Below the pieces are notes generated by a model. That model saw only the letters and a program-made list of their open reading frames with translations, did not search any database and was not told where the DNA came from. Made by a program: the position numbers and the translations under genes. DNA of 64,000 bases from Candidatus Sericytochromatia bacterium (GTDB lineage Bacteria > Cyanobacteriota > Sericytochromatia > S15B-MN24 > JAQBPE01). Location: assembly GCA_035285125.1 (NCBI GenBank), contig JAYKHR010000074.1, positions 1-64,000 of the forward strand, given 5' to 3'. The stretch's first letter is position 1. Every line of letters begins with the position of its first letter. Shown here piece by piece: positions 47,243-56,746 of the stretch.

Positions 47243-47992
47243 ATGGACAGGCAAAAGATCCTGGTAATCGATGACGAGGCGAGCATCCGCCAGATCGTCG
47301 AGACCCGCCTCAAGCTCGCCGGATACGAGGTCATCACCGCCGCAGACGGCGTAGAGGCGCTCGAGCAGGCCGCCATCCACAACCCCAGCCTCATCGTGCT
47401 GGACGTGATGATGCCCAAGATGGATGGCTTCGAGGTCTGCCGGGAACTACGCAAGAACATGACGACGCCCATCATCATGCTCACGGCCAAAGGCGACATC
47501 ACCGACCGTATCGCCGCGCTGGAGCTTGGGGCGGACGATTACGTCGTCAAGCCCTTCAGCCCCCGAGAGCTGGAGGCTCGCATCAAGGCGGTGCTTCGCC
47601 GAACGCAGACCGATCAGGCCAAGCAGACGGTCATCACCATCGATCACCTCACGATCGACACGGGCAAGCGGCAGGTGCTGAAGGGTGCCGACAAGGTCAA
47701 GCTCACGGAGATGGAGTTCAACCTCCTCGAGTTGCTGGCGACCAACCCGGGCAGGGCCTACTCCCGCAGCGAGATTCTGCACCAGGTCTGGGGCTACAGG
47801 CTCAGCCAGTACAGCGACACCCGCGTGGTGGACGTGCACATCAGCCGCCTGCGCAGCAAGCTCGAGGCAGACCCCTCCGCGCCAGAGCTCATCCTCACGG
47901 CCCGCGGCACCGGCTACGCCTTCCAGAACTACACGCCCGGCGGCCCCGCCCCCGTGGCCTCGGTTGCGCAGGCCGACGTCGGCGGCAAGTGA
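47243..47992 (+). CDS. rpaB: OmpR-family response regulator, RpaB-like
   Basis: DDEASIRQI.ETRL, LDVMMPK.DG, DTRVVDVHISRLRSKLE.DPS.PELILTARGTGY match cyanobacterial RpaB/Ycf27 (from recall). Confidence 0.8.
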   Translation: MDRQKILVIDDEASIRQIVETRLKLAGYEVITAADGVEALEQAAIHNPSLIVLDVMMPKMDGFEVCRELRKNMTTPIIMLTAKGDITDRIAALELGADDYVVKPFSPRELEARIKAVLRRTQTDQAKQTVITIDHLTIDTGKRQVLKGADKVKLTEMEFNLLELLATNPGRAYSRSEILHQVWGYRLSQYSDTRVVDVHISRLRSKLEADPSAPELILTARGTGYAFQNYTPGGPAPVASVAQADVGGK

Positions 47993-48333
47993 CGCCCCCC
48001 TCGACGGAGCAGGCGCTGCGTGTGGTCGTGACCACGTGCCCCCCCGATCAGGCACAGGCTCTCGCCGAGGCCCTCGTCGGCCAGCGCCTCGCAGCCTGTT
48101 GCAACGCCCTACCTGGCGTTACCAGCACCTACTGGTGGCAGGGGAGCCTGTGCGCCGAGGCTGAGACCATCTTGCTGCTGAAGACCACCGCAACAGGGAC
48201 GGACGCGCTGTGTGACGCGCTCCTGGCGCTGCACCCCTATGACGTCCCAGAGCTGCTCGTGCTGTCGGTGGCGCAGGCCGCTGCGGCGTACGGCGCCTGG
48301 GTGGCGGCCGAGGTTTCTGCCCCCACCACGTGA
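47989..48333 (+). CDS. cutA: Divalent-cation tolerance protein CutA
   Basis: RLAACCN, STYWWQG, LLKT, LHPYDVPE. Confidence 0.9.
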   Translation: MTPPSTEQALRVVVTTCPPDQAQALAEALVGQRLAACCNALPGVTSTYWWQGSLCAEAETILLLKTTATGTDALCDALLALHPYDVPELLVLSVAQAAAAYGAWVAAEVSAPTT

Positions 48334-48408
48334 CCCCCGGCCGCTGCTTGTGTCGCGGGGCCTCCAGGGGGCACGATGCGGGGGAGACAGAGGCCTAGGA
48401 GGGACGCC

Positions 48409-48750
48409 ATGCCAGACACGTCCATCGTCAAGGTGAGTTCGCGGTATTCGCCGCGGGGCGACCACGGACAACGCTACATGGCCTGCGGCACGACGATGGC
48501 GATGCGCCTGTGGGAGCGAGAGCCTGCGGGCCTGGAGAAGCCCTACAGCCGGCGGGACTACGAAACCGTCGGCTATGTCGTCGCGGGGTTGGCTGAGCTT
48601 GAGCTGGAGGGCCAGCTGGTGCGTTTGGAGCCGGGAGACTCGTGGGTGGTGCCACGGGGCGCCTCCCATCGCTACCGCATCCTGGAGCCCTTCACGGCGG
48701 TGGAGGCCACCCATCCCCCCGCCCAGATACACGGCCGAGACGAGGCCTGA
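48409..48750 (+). CDS. Cupin domain protein
   Basis: YETVGYVVAG, LEPGDSWVVPRGASHRY, EATHPPA. Confidence 0.85.
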   Translation: MPDTSIVKVSSRYSPRGDHGQRYMACGTTMAMRLWEREPAGLEKPYSRRDYETVGYVVAGLAELELEGQLVRLEPGDSWVVPRGASHRYRILEPFTAVEATHPPAQIHGRDEA

Positions 48751-48808
48751 AGCCAACGAAGCCCGTCCTGGCCCGCCCAGGCAGCGGTCCAGGGTCGGTG
48801 GCCGCCGG

Positions 48809-50536
48809 CTACCAGTCCTTCAGGAAGCTGCCGGCACCGTCGCGCTCGCCGCGGCGGTCGCGGGCGTAAGAGCTGCCGGCCAGGCTCTTGGCGTACTTCT
48901 TGACCTCGGCCGCGATGGAGCCGAGCTCGAGGAAGTCGGCGATGGCCCGGTACTCGTTGTCGACCAGGGCGATCGACACGGAGCACAGCGGGAACTGCTG
49001 CCGGTTCCCCTTGCGACAGATGCTGATGATGAAACCGCGCTCGCGATCCTCGCTCGGATACAGCTCGACCACGCGACGGTCGAACTCCGCGCAGATGAGC
49101 TGGCAGAGGTCCTCAGCCGTGGCCGACCGGGTCACGACGATGAAGTCGTCGCCGCCGATGTGGCCGGTGAACGTCGGGTTGTGGGGGGCGTTCTCACCGC
49201 ACACGCTCTTGAGGATGTCGGCCGTGAGCTTGATGACGCGGTCGCCCTGCTCGAAGCCGTACTTGTCGTTGAACGCCTTGAAGTGGTCCAGGTCGAGGTA
49301 GAGCACGGCGCAGTCCTCGCCGGCGCCGAGCCGCCGGTTGACCTCAGCCTCGATCATCAGGTTGCCGGGCAGCTTGGTGAGCGGGTTGGCGTTCTGATCC
49401 CGGAACTGCATTTCGATGAGGGCGTCACACATCCGGTTGAAGCTCGTGGCGAGCTGCTCCAGCTCGTCCCCCGTATTGATCTCGACGCGCCGATCCAGGT
49501 GCCCCTTCGTGATGGCGTGACTCTGCACGGCCAGCTGGCGCACGGGCTCGGTGATGGCCCGAGCCAAGGACTTCACGGCCAGCACGCCGAGCATCCCAAG
49601 GCTCAGGGCCGTGGCGACGATGAGGCCGATGGTGTCCCACACCGCCCGGTTGAGCGGCGTTGAGGGCTCGCCGACGAAGAGGGTCCCGACGAAGTCGCCG
49701 AGGGGTCCGTACAAAGGCGCCATCGCCGCCAGGTACTCATCGCCGCGGATCACCACGGTGCGTCGAACGGGCTCAGCCGCGGCACGCGCATCCACCACCA
49801 GATCCGTCGGCACACCGAACCGGAGGCGGAGGTTCGGCTTCTCGCGGATGGTCTGCGCCAGCCAGCGCGCCTTCAGCGAGTTCCCCTCGCCGATGCCGAC
49901 CTCCACACCCTCGGCGATGCCGACCTCGATCCCTGTGATGTGCTTGAGCTGGTCCACGAAGCGGTCGTCCAGGCGGGTCCCCACGCGCACGGCCCCGACG
50001 ATCTGGGTGCCTCGCACGACGGGCACCGTGGCCTCGATGGCAAGGGCCCCGGTGGGGAGCACCGTGACGCCCTTGGAGGGCTCCCCGGCCAGCGCGAGAC
50101 CCAGGGCCGCGGGGTGCCGGCGGGGGTTGTGGAGCGTCGAGACGTCGCCACCGTCGTAGAGGACGTGGCCCGAGCGATCGTAGACGCTGACGATGGACTC
50201 CTTCGTCAGGCCGTGGAGGTGATGGGAGACCAGGGCCACCCGGTGCGGCACGCCCTGTGAGAGGTCCGCCACGAGGGTCGGGTTCTGGGCGAGCATGTGC
50301 GCCGTCTTGAGCGCGTCTTCCGAGAAGTAGTGGAAGGTGTGGAGAGTGACATCCAGGTCGTTGTTCAGGCGCTTGAAGGCCTCGGCCTTGAGCTTGTTGG
50401 CAACCACGACTGAGACCACGAGGGTCACGAGCGCGACGATGATCAGCGTGAGGGCCGCAAAGGTGCCCCCGATCTTATGGCCGATCTTCATTCGGACGCG
50501 CATCATCGCGATGCTCCTGAACACGGGCCCCACCAA
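48809..50536 (-). CDS. Membrane Cache-HAMP-GGDEF diguanylate cyclase (start may be a downstream ATG)
   Basis: Two TM helices, HAMP (DELEQLATSFNRM), ANPLTKLPGN, DLDHFKAFND, HIGGDDF. Confidence 0.88.
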   Translation of the reverse strand: MVGPVFRSIAMMRVRMKIGHKIGGTFAALTLIIVALVTLVVSVVVANKLKAEAFKRLNNDLDVTLHTFHYFSEDALKTAHMLAQNPTLVADLSQGVPHRVALVSHHLHGLTKESIVSVYDRSGHVLYDGGDVSTLHNPRRHPAALGLALAGEPSKGVTVLPTGALAIEATVPVVRGTQIVGAVRVGTRLDDRFVDQLKHITGIEVGIAEGVEVGIGEGNSLKARWLAQTIREKPNLRLRFGVPTDLVVDARAAAEPVRRTVVIRGDEYLAAMAPLYGPLGDFVGTLFVGEPSTPLNRAVWDTIGLIVATALSLGMLGVLAVKSLARAITEPVRQLAVQSHAITKGHLDRRVEINTGDELEQLATSFNRMCDALIEMQFRDQNANPLTKLPGNLMIEAEVNRRLGAGEDCAVLYLDLDHFKAFNDKYGFEQGDRVIKLTADILKSVCGENAPHNPTFTGHIGGDDFIVVTRSATAEDLCQLICAEFDRRVVELYPSEDRERGFIISICRKGNRQQFPLCSVSIALVDNEYRAIADFLELGSIAAEVKKYAKSLAGSSYARDRRGERDGAGSFLKDW

Positions 50537-50608
50537 CCGCGCCCTGATGGCGTGGCCTGGCGTTACCTGTGATCGTTATAGGCAGGTCCGACTCGAACTG
50601 GACCGAAC

Positions 50609-50623
50609 TTAAGGGCAATTTAA
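50609..50623. promoter_or_regulatory. TTAA-N7-TTAA regulator site between divergent DGC and S8 peptidase genes
   Basis: TTAAgggcaatTTAA; second near-match TTAA-N7-TTGA at 50657-50671. Confidence 0.6.
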
Positions 50624-50740
50624 CCTTTTATGATCGCGCCCCGCGTCCATACTCTCTTAAACGAACCTTGACTCAACTTTTGCACTTTGCGGCGGATATA
50701 GAACGGGGGGCTCCCACTGCCTCGCCGAAAGGAGGTTCCC

Positions 50741-52048
50741 GTGCGTCGACTCGCCACCGTGATGGCGCTGGCCTCCTGGCTCCCGACCGCTGGCTGCGGC
50801 AACACCCGGGTGATGACCTCGCCCTTTGCAGCCCAGGCGCCCGTGCGGACCGTTGCGACGGGGGCGGCGGGGGCCAGCAGGTTCTCGAACCGCGTGGTCG
50901 TGAAGTACCGCTCCGGCGCCAGCCAGACGGCCATCCGTTCCTTCCACCAGCGCTTCGCCCTGGCCTCGGTGCGTGACGTCTCGGCCCTCAGCCTCGGCGT
51001 GCTCGGGTTGCCGGCTGGCACGGCCGCCGAGACGGCGGTCTCGCGGATGCAAGGCCACCCTGCCGTGGAGTTCGTGGAGCCCGACTACGTTTTCACCGTA
51101 CCACGGCGAGTCGCGGGGCGCCCTCGCGCCGCAGGCGTGCGCCGCCTTGCCGCTGTCGGCCTCGGCGATCCGCTGTGGACAGATCCGCAGTGGGGGTTGA
51201 CAAAGATCGGCATGCCCCAAGTCTGGGGACTCAACGGTGGGAGTCCCTCCGTCACCGTGGCCGTCATCGACACGGGGGTGGACCCTGCCCACCCTGACCT
51301 GGCTGCCGCCATCGTGCCGGGCACAAGCGTGCTCGCAAATTCGACGGGACCGGACGACGACCACGGACACGGCACCCACGTCGCAGGCATCATCGCCGCG
51401 AGCGTGGCCGACCGCAAGGGCATCTCGGGTGTGGCCCCCAACTGCCGCATCATGCCCGTGAAGGTGCTCAACGGCGAGGGCAAGGGTGACACGGGCGACA
51501 TCGTGGCCGGGCTGATCTGGGCAGTGAACCACGGCGCCAAGGTGGTGAACATGAGCCTCGGCGGGGCGGGTGGCTCGCGGGCCCTGGCCTCGGCCGTCGC
51601 GTACGCCCGCAGCAAGGACGTCCTGGTGGTGGCCGCCATGGGCAATGAAGGCGAGAACGCGCAGGAGTACCCCGCTGGCTACCCTGGCGTCATGGCCGTC
51701 GGGGCGACGGACCGGGACGACAGCGTGGCGGACTTCTCCAACTACGGCTCGTGGATTTCCGTCGCGGCGCCTGGCGTGGACATCCTCTCCACCCTGCCGC
51801 GGCTGCCCGTCGGCGTGAACCGCCTAGAGGGCAAAGACACGCTTCAGGACGTCATGGACGGCACGAGCATGGCGGCCCCCTTCGTCGCTGGGGTGGCGGC
51901 CCTGGTGCGCTCGGCCCAGCCCACGCTGACGGCCCCCGAGGTAAAGGCCCGGATCGAACGCACCTGTGATGACCTCGGCCCCCGCGGGTTCGACGAGCGG
52001 ACGGGCTGGGGGCGGATCAACGCCGCAAAGGCACTGCTGGGGCGCTGA
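50741..52048 (+). CDS. S8 family serine peptidase (thermitase-like), probable lipoprotein
   Basis: VIDTG, HGTHVAG, GTSMAAP catalytic triad; N-terminal prodomain; TAGC lipobox-like. Confidence 0.93.
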   Translation: MRRLATVMALASWLPTAGCGNTRVMTSPFAAQAPVRTVATGAAGASRFSNRVVVKYRSGASQTAIRSFHQRFALASVRDVSALSLGVLGLPAGTAAETAVSRMQGHPAVEFVEPDYVFTVPRRVAGRPRAAGVRRLAAVGLGDPLWTDPQWGLTKIGMPQVWGLNGGSPSVTVAVIDTGVDPAHPDLAAAIVPGTSVLANSTGPDDDHGHGTHVAGIIAASVADRKGISGVAPNCRIMPVKVLNGEGKGDTGDIVAGLIWAVNHGAKVVNMSLGGAGGSRALASAVAYARSKDVLVVAAMGNEGENAQEYPAGYPGVMAVGATDRDDSVADFSNYGSWISVAAPGVDILSTLPRLPVGVNRLEGKDTLQDVMDGTSMAAPFVAGVAALVRSAQPTLTAPEVKARIERTCDDLGPRGFDERTGWGRINAAKALLGR

Positions 52049-52150
52049 GCCTGCGGGGCGGAACACGGGCCTGGCTCAACCCTGCTCGTGCGCTGCTGGG
52101 GCGATGATGACGCAGGGCTGTGCGGGGCGGGATGGTAGAATGAGCCATCC

Positions 52151-53263
52151 GTGAAGGGTGGTCTCCGCGTGTCCTCGCCAGTACCTTTTGGACGTCCTCG
52201 CCGTGGTGGTTGGCGCAGCCTGCCTGCGCTCGCGTTGGTCGGGCTCCTGGCCCTTTCGTCGGGGCCGCTCCAGGCCCAGGGCTTGCCCGTCGCCACCTCC
52301 GAGGGGGCGTGGGAGCTGAAGGCCCACGACAGGCTGACGCTCTGGGCCAACAGCCCGGAAGCGGGGCTGGCTCTCGACAACAGCCAGGGCCGAGGCTTCT
52401 GGAACCTCACGGCCAGCTGGGAGAACTGCATGGCGGGGGCCTTCGTCGCGACGCCCGAGGGCGTCGTGGCCGGCACGAGCCGCGACGGCTCCGCGATCGC
52501 GACCACGCTCAACCTTCAGCCGGGGGTCACGCAGCGATGGTCGCTGAAGCCGAACGTCAGCGGCGCCTACAGGTTCGCGGTGGTCTCGGGTACCGGTGTT
52601 CCCGGCGCCCAGCCCTTGCACGCCCGCTTTGCCCGGGATGCAGCCGCGCGGGGGGTAGGCTTTGCCATTCACCTCGGCGACGGGGTCGAGGCCGGCGCCA
52701 ACAAGGGGGCTGCCGCGTTCCGAGAGCGGCTCAGAGCTCACGCCTTCCCGACCTACTGCCTTCCGGGCCGCCAGGAGCTCGCCGCCAGCGGCGGCCGAGC
52801 AGCCTGGAGCCGGCTGTTCGGCAACCTGCCCATCGTGTTCCGGATTGGCCAGGACCACTTCCTGCTCGTCGACAACGCCGCCGGACACCTCTCCCCGGCC
52901 CAGGAGCGCTGGCTACAGGCGACCCTCGACCAAGCCGTCAAGGCGAAGGCCCGCCGCGTGTTCGTCTTTGCACACAGGCCGCTCGTCGACGTCCGCCCCG
53001 GGTTCAACCAGGGCATGCAGGACATCAATCAGGTGCGTCGCCTGCTCAAGCTGTTCGGCGGAAGCCACGTGGACACGGTGTTCGGGGGCCGCATCGGCGT
53101 GTTCGCCTCGGAACGCCGCCGCGGCATCCGCCTGGTGACGAGCGCCGGCGGCGGCACCCGCCTGGGGGCCCCACCTGCCCGCGGTGGCTACCACCACTGG
53201 GTCCGCGTCGACGTGCCCGCAGAGGGGCCCGCAACCATCACGGCCGAGCGCCTCGTGCCCTGA
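52151..53263 (+). CDS. Exported metallophosphoesterase-fold protein, degenerate
   Basis: HLGD, PGRQE (for GNHE), FAHRP, GGRIG (for GHxH); signal peptide. Confidence 0.7.
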   Translation: MKGGLRVSSPVPFGRPRRGGWRSLPALALVGLLALSSGPLQAQGLPVATSEGAWELKAHDRLTLWANSPEAGLALDNSQGRGFWNLTASWENCMAGAFVATPEGVVAGTSRDGSAIATTLNLQPGVTQRWSLKPNVSGAYRFAVVSGTGVPGAQPLHARFARDAAARGVGFAIHLGDGVEAGANKGAAAFRERLRAHAFPTYCLPGRQELAASGGRAAWSRLFGNLPIVFRIGQDHFLLVDNAAGHLSPAQERWLQATLDQAVKAKARRVFVFAHRPLVDVRPGFNQGMQDINQVRRLLKLFGGSHVDTVFGGRIGVFASERRRGIRLVTSAGGGTRLGAPPARGGYHHWVRVDVPAEGPATITAERLVP

Positions 53264-53391
53264 TCGCAAGGGTCCGCAAATCTCATCGGCCCGCACCCAC
53301 GCGACCGTCAGCACCGCATCCGTAGGCGGGCGGCCAGCGTCCCCACCCACGTCCGCACCTTCGCTCCCAGGCCCCTGACGAGCCCCGAAGT

Positions 53392-55218
53392 TCAGGCAGG
53401 GACCTGCGCAACGGCCTCCGTGCCGCGGTTGAAGAGCTCGTCGAACTCATCCGCATCGAGCGTCTCACGGGCCATCAACTCGTAGCTAATGAGGTCGAGT
53501 TGCTCCCGGTTCACCGTCAGCAACTCCCGCGCCCGGTCGTAGCATTCCTCGACGATGCGCTTGATCTCACTGTCGATGAGGCTGGCGATGTCGTCCGAAC
53601 AGTTGCGATCCTCGCCGAAGTCCCGACCGAGGAAGATATGCTCTTGGCGCTTCCCGAAGGTGACGGGGCCAACCTTGTCGCTCATGCCGAACTCGGTGAC
53701 CATCCGCCGCGCGAGCCCCGTGGCGCGCTCGAGGTCATTGCTCGCGCCCGTGGTGATCTCACCGAAGGCCAGCGCCTCGGCGACGCGCCCCCCGAGCATC
53801 ATCGTGATGCGGTCGACCATCTGCGACCTGCTGGTGAGCACCCGATCCTCCGTGGGCAAGGTCATCGTGAGACCTAGTGCCATGCCGCGGGACACGATCG
53901 TCACCTTGTGCAGCGGGTCGCAGTTCGGGAGCAACTTGGCAATCAGCGCATGGCCGACTTCGTGGAAGGCGATGACCTTCTTCTCCTGGTCCGAGATGAG
54001 GCGACTGCGCCGCTCAGGGCCCGCGATGACCCGGTCGATGGCTGCCTCACAGTCGGTCATGGTGACCTCCTTGCGGTCATTGCGGGCCGCAAGCAGCGCC
54101 GCCTCGTTCGCCAGGTTCATGAGGTCGGCGCCGGTGAAGCCGGGCGTGCGGCGGGCCAGGATCTTCAGATCGACGTCGTTACCGAGCGGCTTACTCTTGG
54201 TATGGACCTTGAGGATTTGCTCGCGGCCCGACACGTCAGGCGCATCCACGACGATCTGGCGGTCGAAGCGACCGGGACGCAGCAGGGCCGAGTCCAAGAT
54301 GTCGGGCCGGTTGGTGGCCGCGATCACGACCACGCTCACGTTGGCCTCGAAGCCGTCCATCTCCACCAGGAGTTGATTGAGCGTCTGTTCCCTCTCGTCG
54401 TGGCCGCCCCCCATGCCGGCGCCACGCTGGCGGCCGACCGCGTCGATCTCGTCGACAAAGACGATGCAAGGCGAGTGCTTCTTCGCCTGCTCGAACAGGT
54501 CCCGTACGCGACTCGCGCCCACGCCCACGAACATCTCCACGAAGTCGGAACCGGAGATGTTGAAGAAGGGCACGCCCGCCTCACCGGCGATGGCGCGGGC
54601 AAGCAGGGTCTTGCCCGTGCCGGGCGGTCCGACGAGCAAGACGCCCTTCGGGATGTGGGCGCCGAGCGCCTGGTACTTCTCTGGGGCCTTCAGGAAGTCC
54701 ACCACCTCCGCGAGTTCGACCTTGGCCTCGTCAACACCGGCCACGTCAGCAAAGGTGACGCGGGTCTTGTTCTCCACCATCATCTTGGCCCGGCTCTTGC
54801 CGAAGCTCATCGCCTGACTGGAGCCGGACTGCGCCTGGCGGAGCATAAACACCCACACGCCGACGATGATGAGCACGGGCAGCAGGATGCTGGAAATAAT
54901 GGAAGCCCACCAGCTGGACTGGTCGGGGGCCTTCACCACAATGGGAACGTTCTGGGCCTTGAGCTGCTTCAGCAGGTCTGGGTCGTCTGGGATAAAGACC
55001 GACCGCTTCTTGCCGTCTTCAAGAAAATAGACGACCTGATTCGTCGTGCTGGAAAGCTCCACGCGCTTGACCTCCTGAGCCGAAACGGCTTTCAGGAAGC
55101 TCGTGTAGTCGGGCTTGGCGCCCTCTTCTGGCTTCTGGAAGAAGGTCGCCAGGATGAAGGAGGCGCCGATCAGCAGGACGAGGAAGTAGATCCCCGTGTT
55201 CTTGAACACCTTTCCCAA
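53392..55218 (-). CDS. ftsH: ATP-dependent zinc metalloprotease FtsH
   Basis: Two TMs, [27 protein letters not shown] start inferred after AAGGAGAGG. Confidence 0.97.
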   Translation of the reverse strand: MGKVFKNTGIYFLVLLIGASFILATFFQKPEEGAKPDYTSFLKAVSAQEVKRVELSSTTNQVVYFLEDGKKRSVFIPDDPDLLKQLKAQNVPIVVKAPDQSSWWASIISSILLPVLIIVGVWVFMLRQAQSGSSQAMSFGKSRAKMMVENKTRVTFADVAGVDEAKVELAEVVDFLKAPEKYQALGAHIPKGVLLVGPPGTGKTLLARAIAGEAGVPFFNISGSDFVEMFVGVGASRVRDLFEQAKKHSPCIVFVDEIDAVGRQRGAGMGGGHDEREQTLNQLLVEMDGFEANVSVVVIAATNRPDILDSALLRPGRFDRQIVVDAPDVSGREQILKVHTKSKPLGNDVDLKILARRTPGFTGADLMNLANEAALLAARNDRKEVTMTDCEAAIDRVIAGPERRSRLISDQEKKVIAFHEVGHALIAKLLPNCDPLHKVTIVSRGMALGLTMTLPTEDRVLTSRSQMVDRITMMLGGRVAEALAFGEITTGASNDLERATGLARRMVTEFGMSDKVGPVTFGKRQEHIFLGRDFGEDRNCSDDIASLIDSEIKRIVEECYDRARELLTVNREQLDLISYELMARETLDADEFDELFNRGTEAVAQVPA

Positions 55219-55271
55219 GTGGCCTCTCCTTCGCTCCACGTGCGGACTTTGGGCCCGCGGACGACTCTTGC

Positions 55272-55300
55272 ATCTTACGCATCGGGGGGGGGATTGTCAA
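55272..55300 (-). promoter_or_regulatory. Sigma70 promoter of ftsH (TTGACA-17-TAAGAT) with C9 tract in the spacer
   Basis: tgtcaa at 55295-55300, atctta at 55272-55277. Confidence 0.65.
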
Positions 55301-56613
55301 ACCCGAAAACAGGCTGTCGCCTGCATTTGAACGTCTTCCCCGGTGCCGACGTCCAGGCCCACAGAGGTCCCACCCAAGCCCACCACCCAGGCCACCCGCG
55401 GGCCGCTGGCAAGCACCAGCAGGGTCTCCTGCACGTGGAGCGGCACGCCGCGCCGCCGGAGCCAGCGGCCCAGAGGTCGCGCCTGGTCTGACCCAGGTGG
55501 ACGGAGATGGTCCTCGCCTGGCCTGGCAGTGCGCCAGCCCCAGCCAGCCACCAGCCCGGGGTTTCCCCCCCCGACGTCGATGCGCCACCCCCAGCGCGAC
55601 GTTTCCTGCGTCGCGCCGAGCACGAGTGGCTGGGGGTCCGGCAAGGTGGGCCCGTTGCGAAGCACCAGGATCTCGGCCTGGTGGCCCAGGCGCCACCCCC
55701 CTTCCACGTCGCCGGCCTGGCCGGTCCGCGCGAGCGCCTCGAGGGCTGCCACAGCCTCCCGGCCAGGTGCGATTCGCCCCATCTGGCGGGCCAGGTGGCG
55801 CAGCACCTCGCCTCGCTCGCCAGGCGGCAGCGCGAGCCAGGGCTCCCGCGCCAGCTCTGCAAGGCCCGGCGCGAGAACCCTGCTCGTGCAGGCCAGCCAG
55901 CCGGCCGCCCTGTCCTCTGCCTCCCGCTGGGCGAGGCGCAGCAGCTCCGCGGCCCGGCCGACCGCGTCGGCGGCACCCGGGTGCACCTGGGACAGCGCGG
56001 GCATCACGAGGTGCCGCACGCGGTTCCTGGCAGGCCCCAGCGTCTCGTTGGAAGGGTCCTCCAGCCAGGCCTGCCCCCAGGCGTCGAGGGCGTCTCGCAG
56101 CTCACGACGTCCCATACCGAGCAGGGGACGCACCAGGCGGAGGCCAGGCCTCAACTCGCGAGCCGGGGCCATCCCGCCTAGCCCGGCGATGCCGCTGCCG
56201 CGGGCAAGCCTGAACAGGACGGTCTCCGCCTGATCCTCGCGGTGGTGCCCGAGGGCGACGACGCCAATGCCTTGCGCCCCGGCCAACTCAGTCAGGAAGG
56301 CGAGGCGGGCCTCGCGGGCCCGGGCCTCGAAGCCTCCACCCGCGAGCGCCACCCGGCGGACGTGACACGGCCAGCCTCGCTCCGCAGCCAGCGCCACCAC
56401 CCAGCGGGCATCCTCGGCCGAGTCCGGCCGAACGCCGTGGTCGAGGTGGGCCAGGCTCACGGCGACGCCCGCCTCCGCCAACGCCAAGGCGAGGGCCACG
56501 GAGTCGCCCCCCCCCGAGCAGCCCACCAGCACGGGCGTCCCCACCCAATCAGGGAGGCTGGCATCGAGAAACTGCCGCACCCGGTACACAAGTCGATCAC
56601 GTGGGCTGATCAT
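55297..56613 (-). CDS. tilS: tRNA(Ile)-lysidine synthetase
   Basis: SGGGDS, HLDHG, EARAR, HHREDQAETVL, RPLL, DPSN, RNRVR; upstream of ftsH. Confidence 0.92.
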   Translation of the reverse strand: MISPRDRLVYRVRQFLDASLPDWVGTPVLVGCSGGGDSVALALALAEAGVAVSLAHLDHGVRPDSAEDARWVVALAAERGWPCHVRRVALAGGGFEARAREARLAFLTELAGAQGIGVVALGHHREDQAETVLFRLARGSGIAGLGGMAPARELRPGLRLVRPLLGMGRRELRDALDAWGQAWLEDPSNETLGPARNRVRHLVMPALSQVHPGAADAVGRAAELLRLAQREAEDRAAGWLACTSRVLAPGLAELAREPWLALPPGERGEVLRHLARQMGRIAPGREAVAALEALARTGQAGDVEGGWRLGHQAEILVLRNGPTLPDPQPLVLGATQETSRWGWRIDVGGGNPGLVAGWGWRTARPGEDHLRPPGSDQARPLGRWLRRRGVPLHVQETLLVLASGPRVAWVVGLGGTSVGLDVGTGEDVQMQATACFRV

Positions 56614-56746
56614 GGAAGTTTTCCTGGATTTAACTTAATTTTTAAGCGCATGGGGGCTCATTGACACAAGATGAACAGCGCCACGGCGATAACGATATTA
56701 TCGCGCCGTGATGGCTGCTTGTAGTTTTTGTGAAGGGCTGGTTGTC

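Noticed and set aside
49880..49935. Short internal duplication GIEVGIAEG/GVEVGIGEG in the Cache domain
   Set aside because: A single small in-frame duplication with no evidence of function
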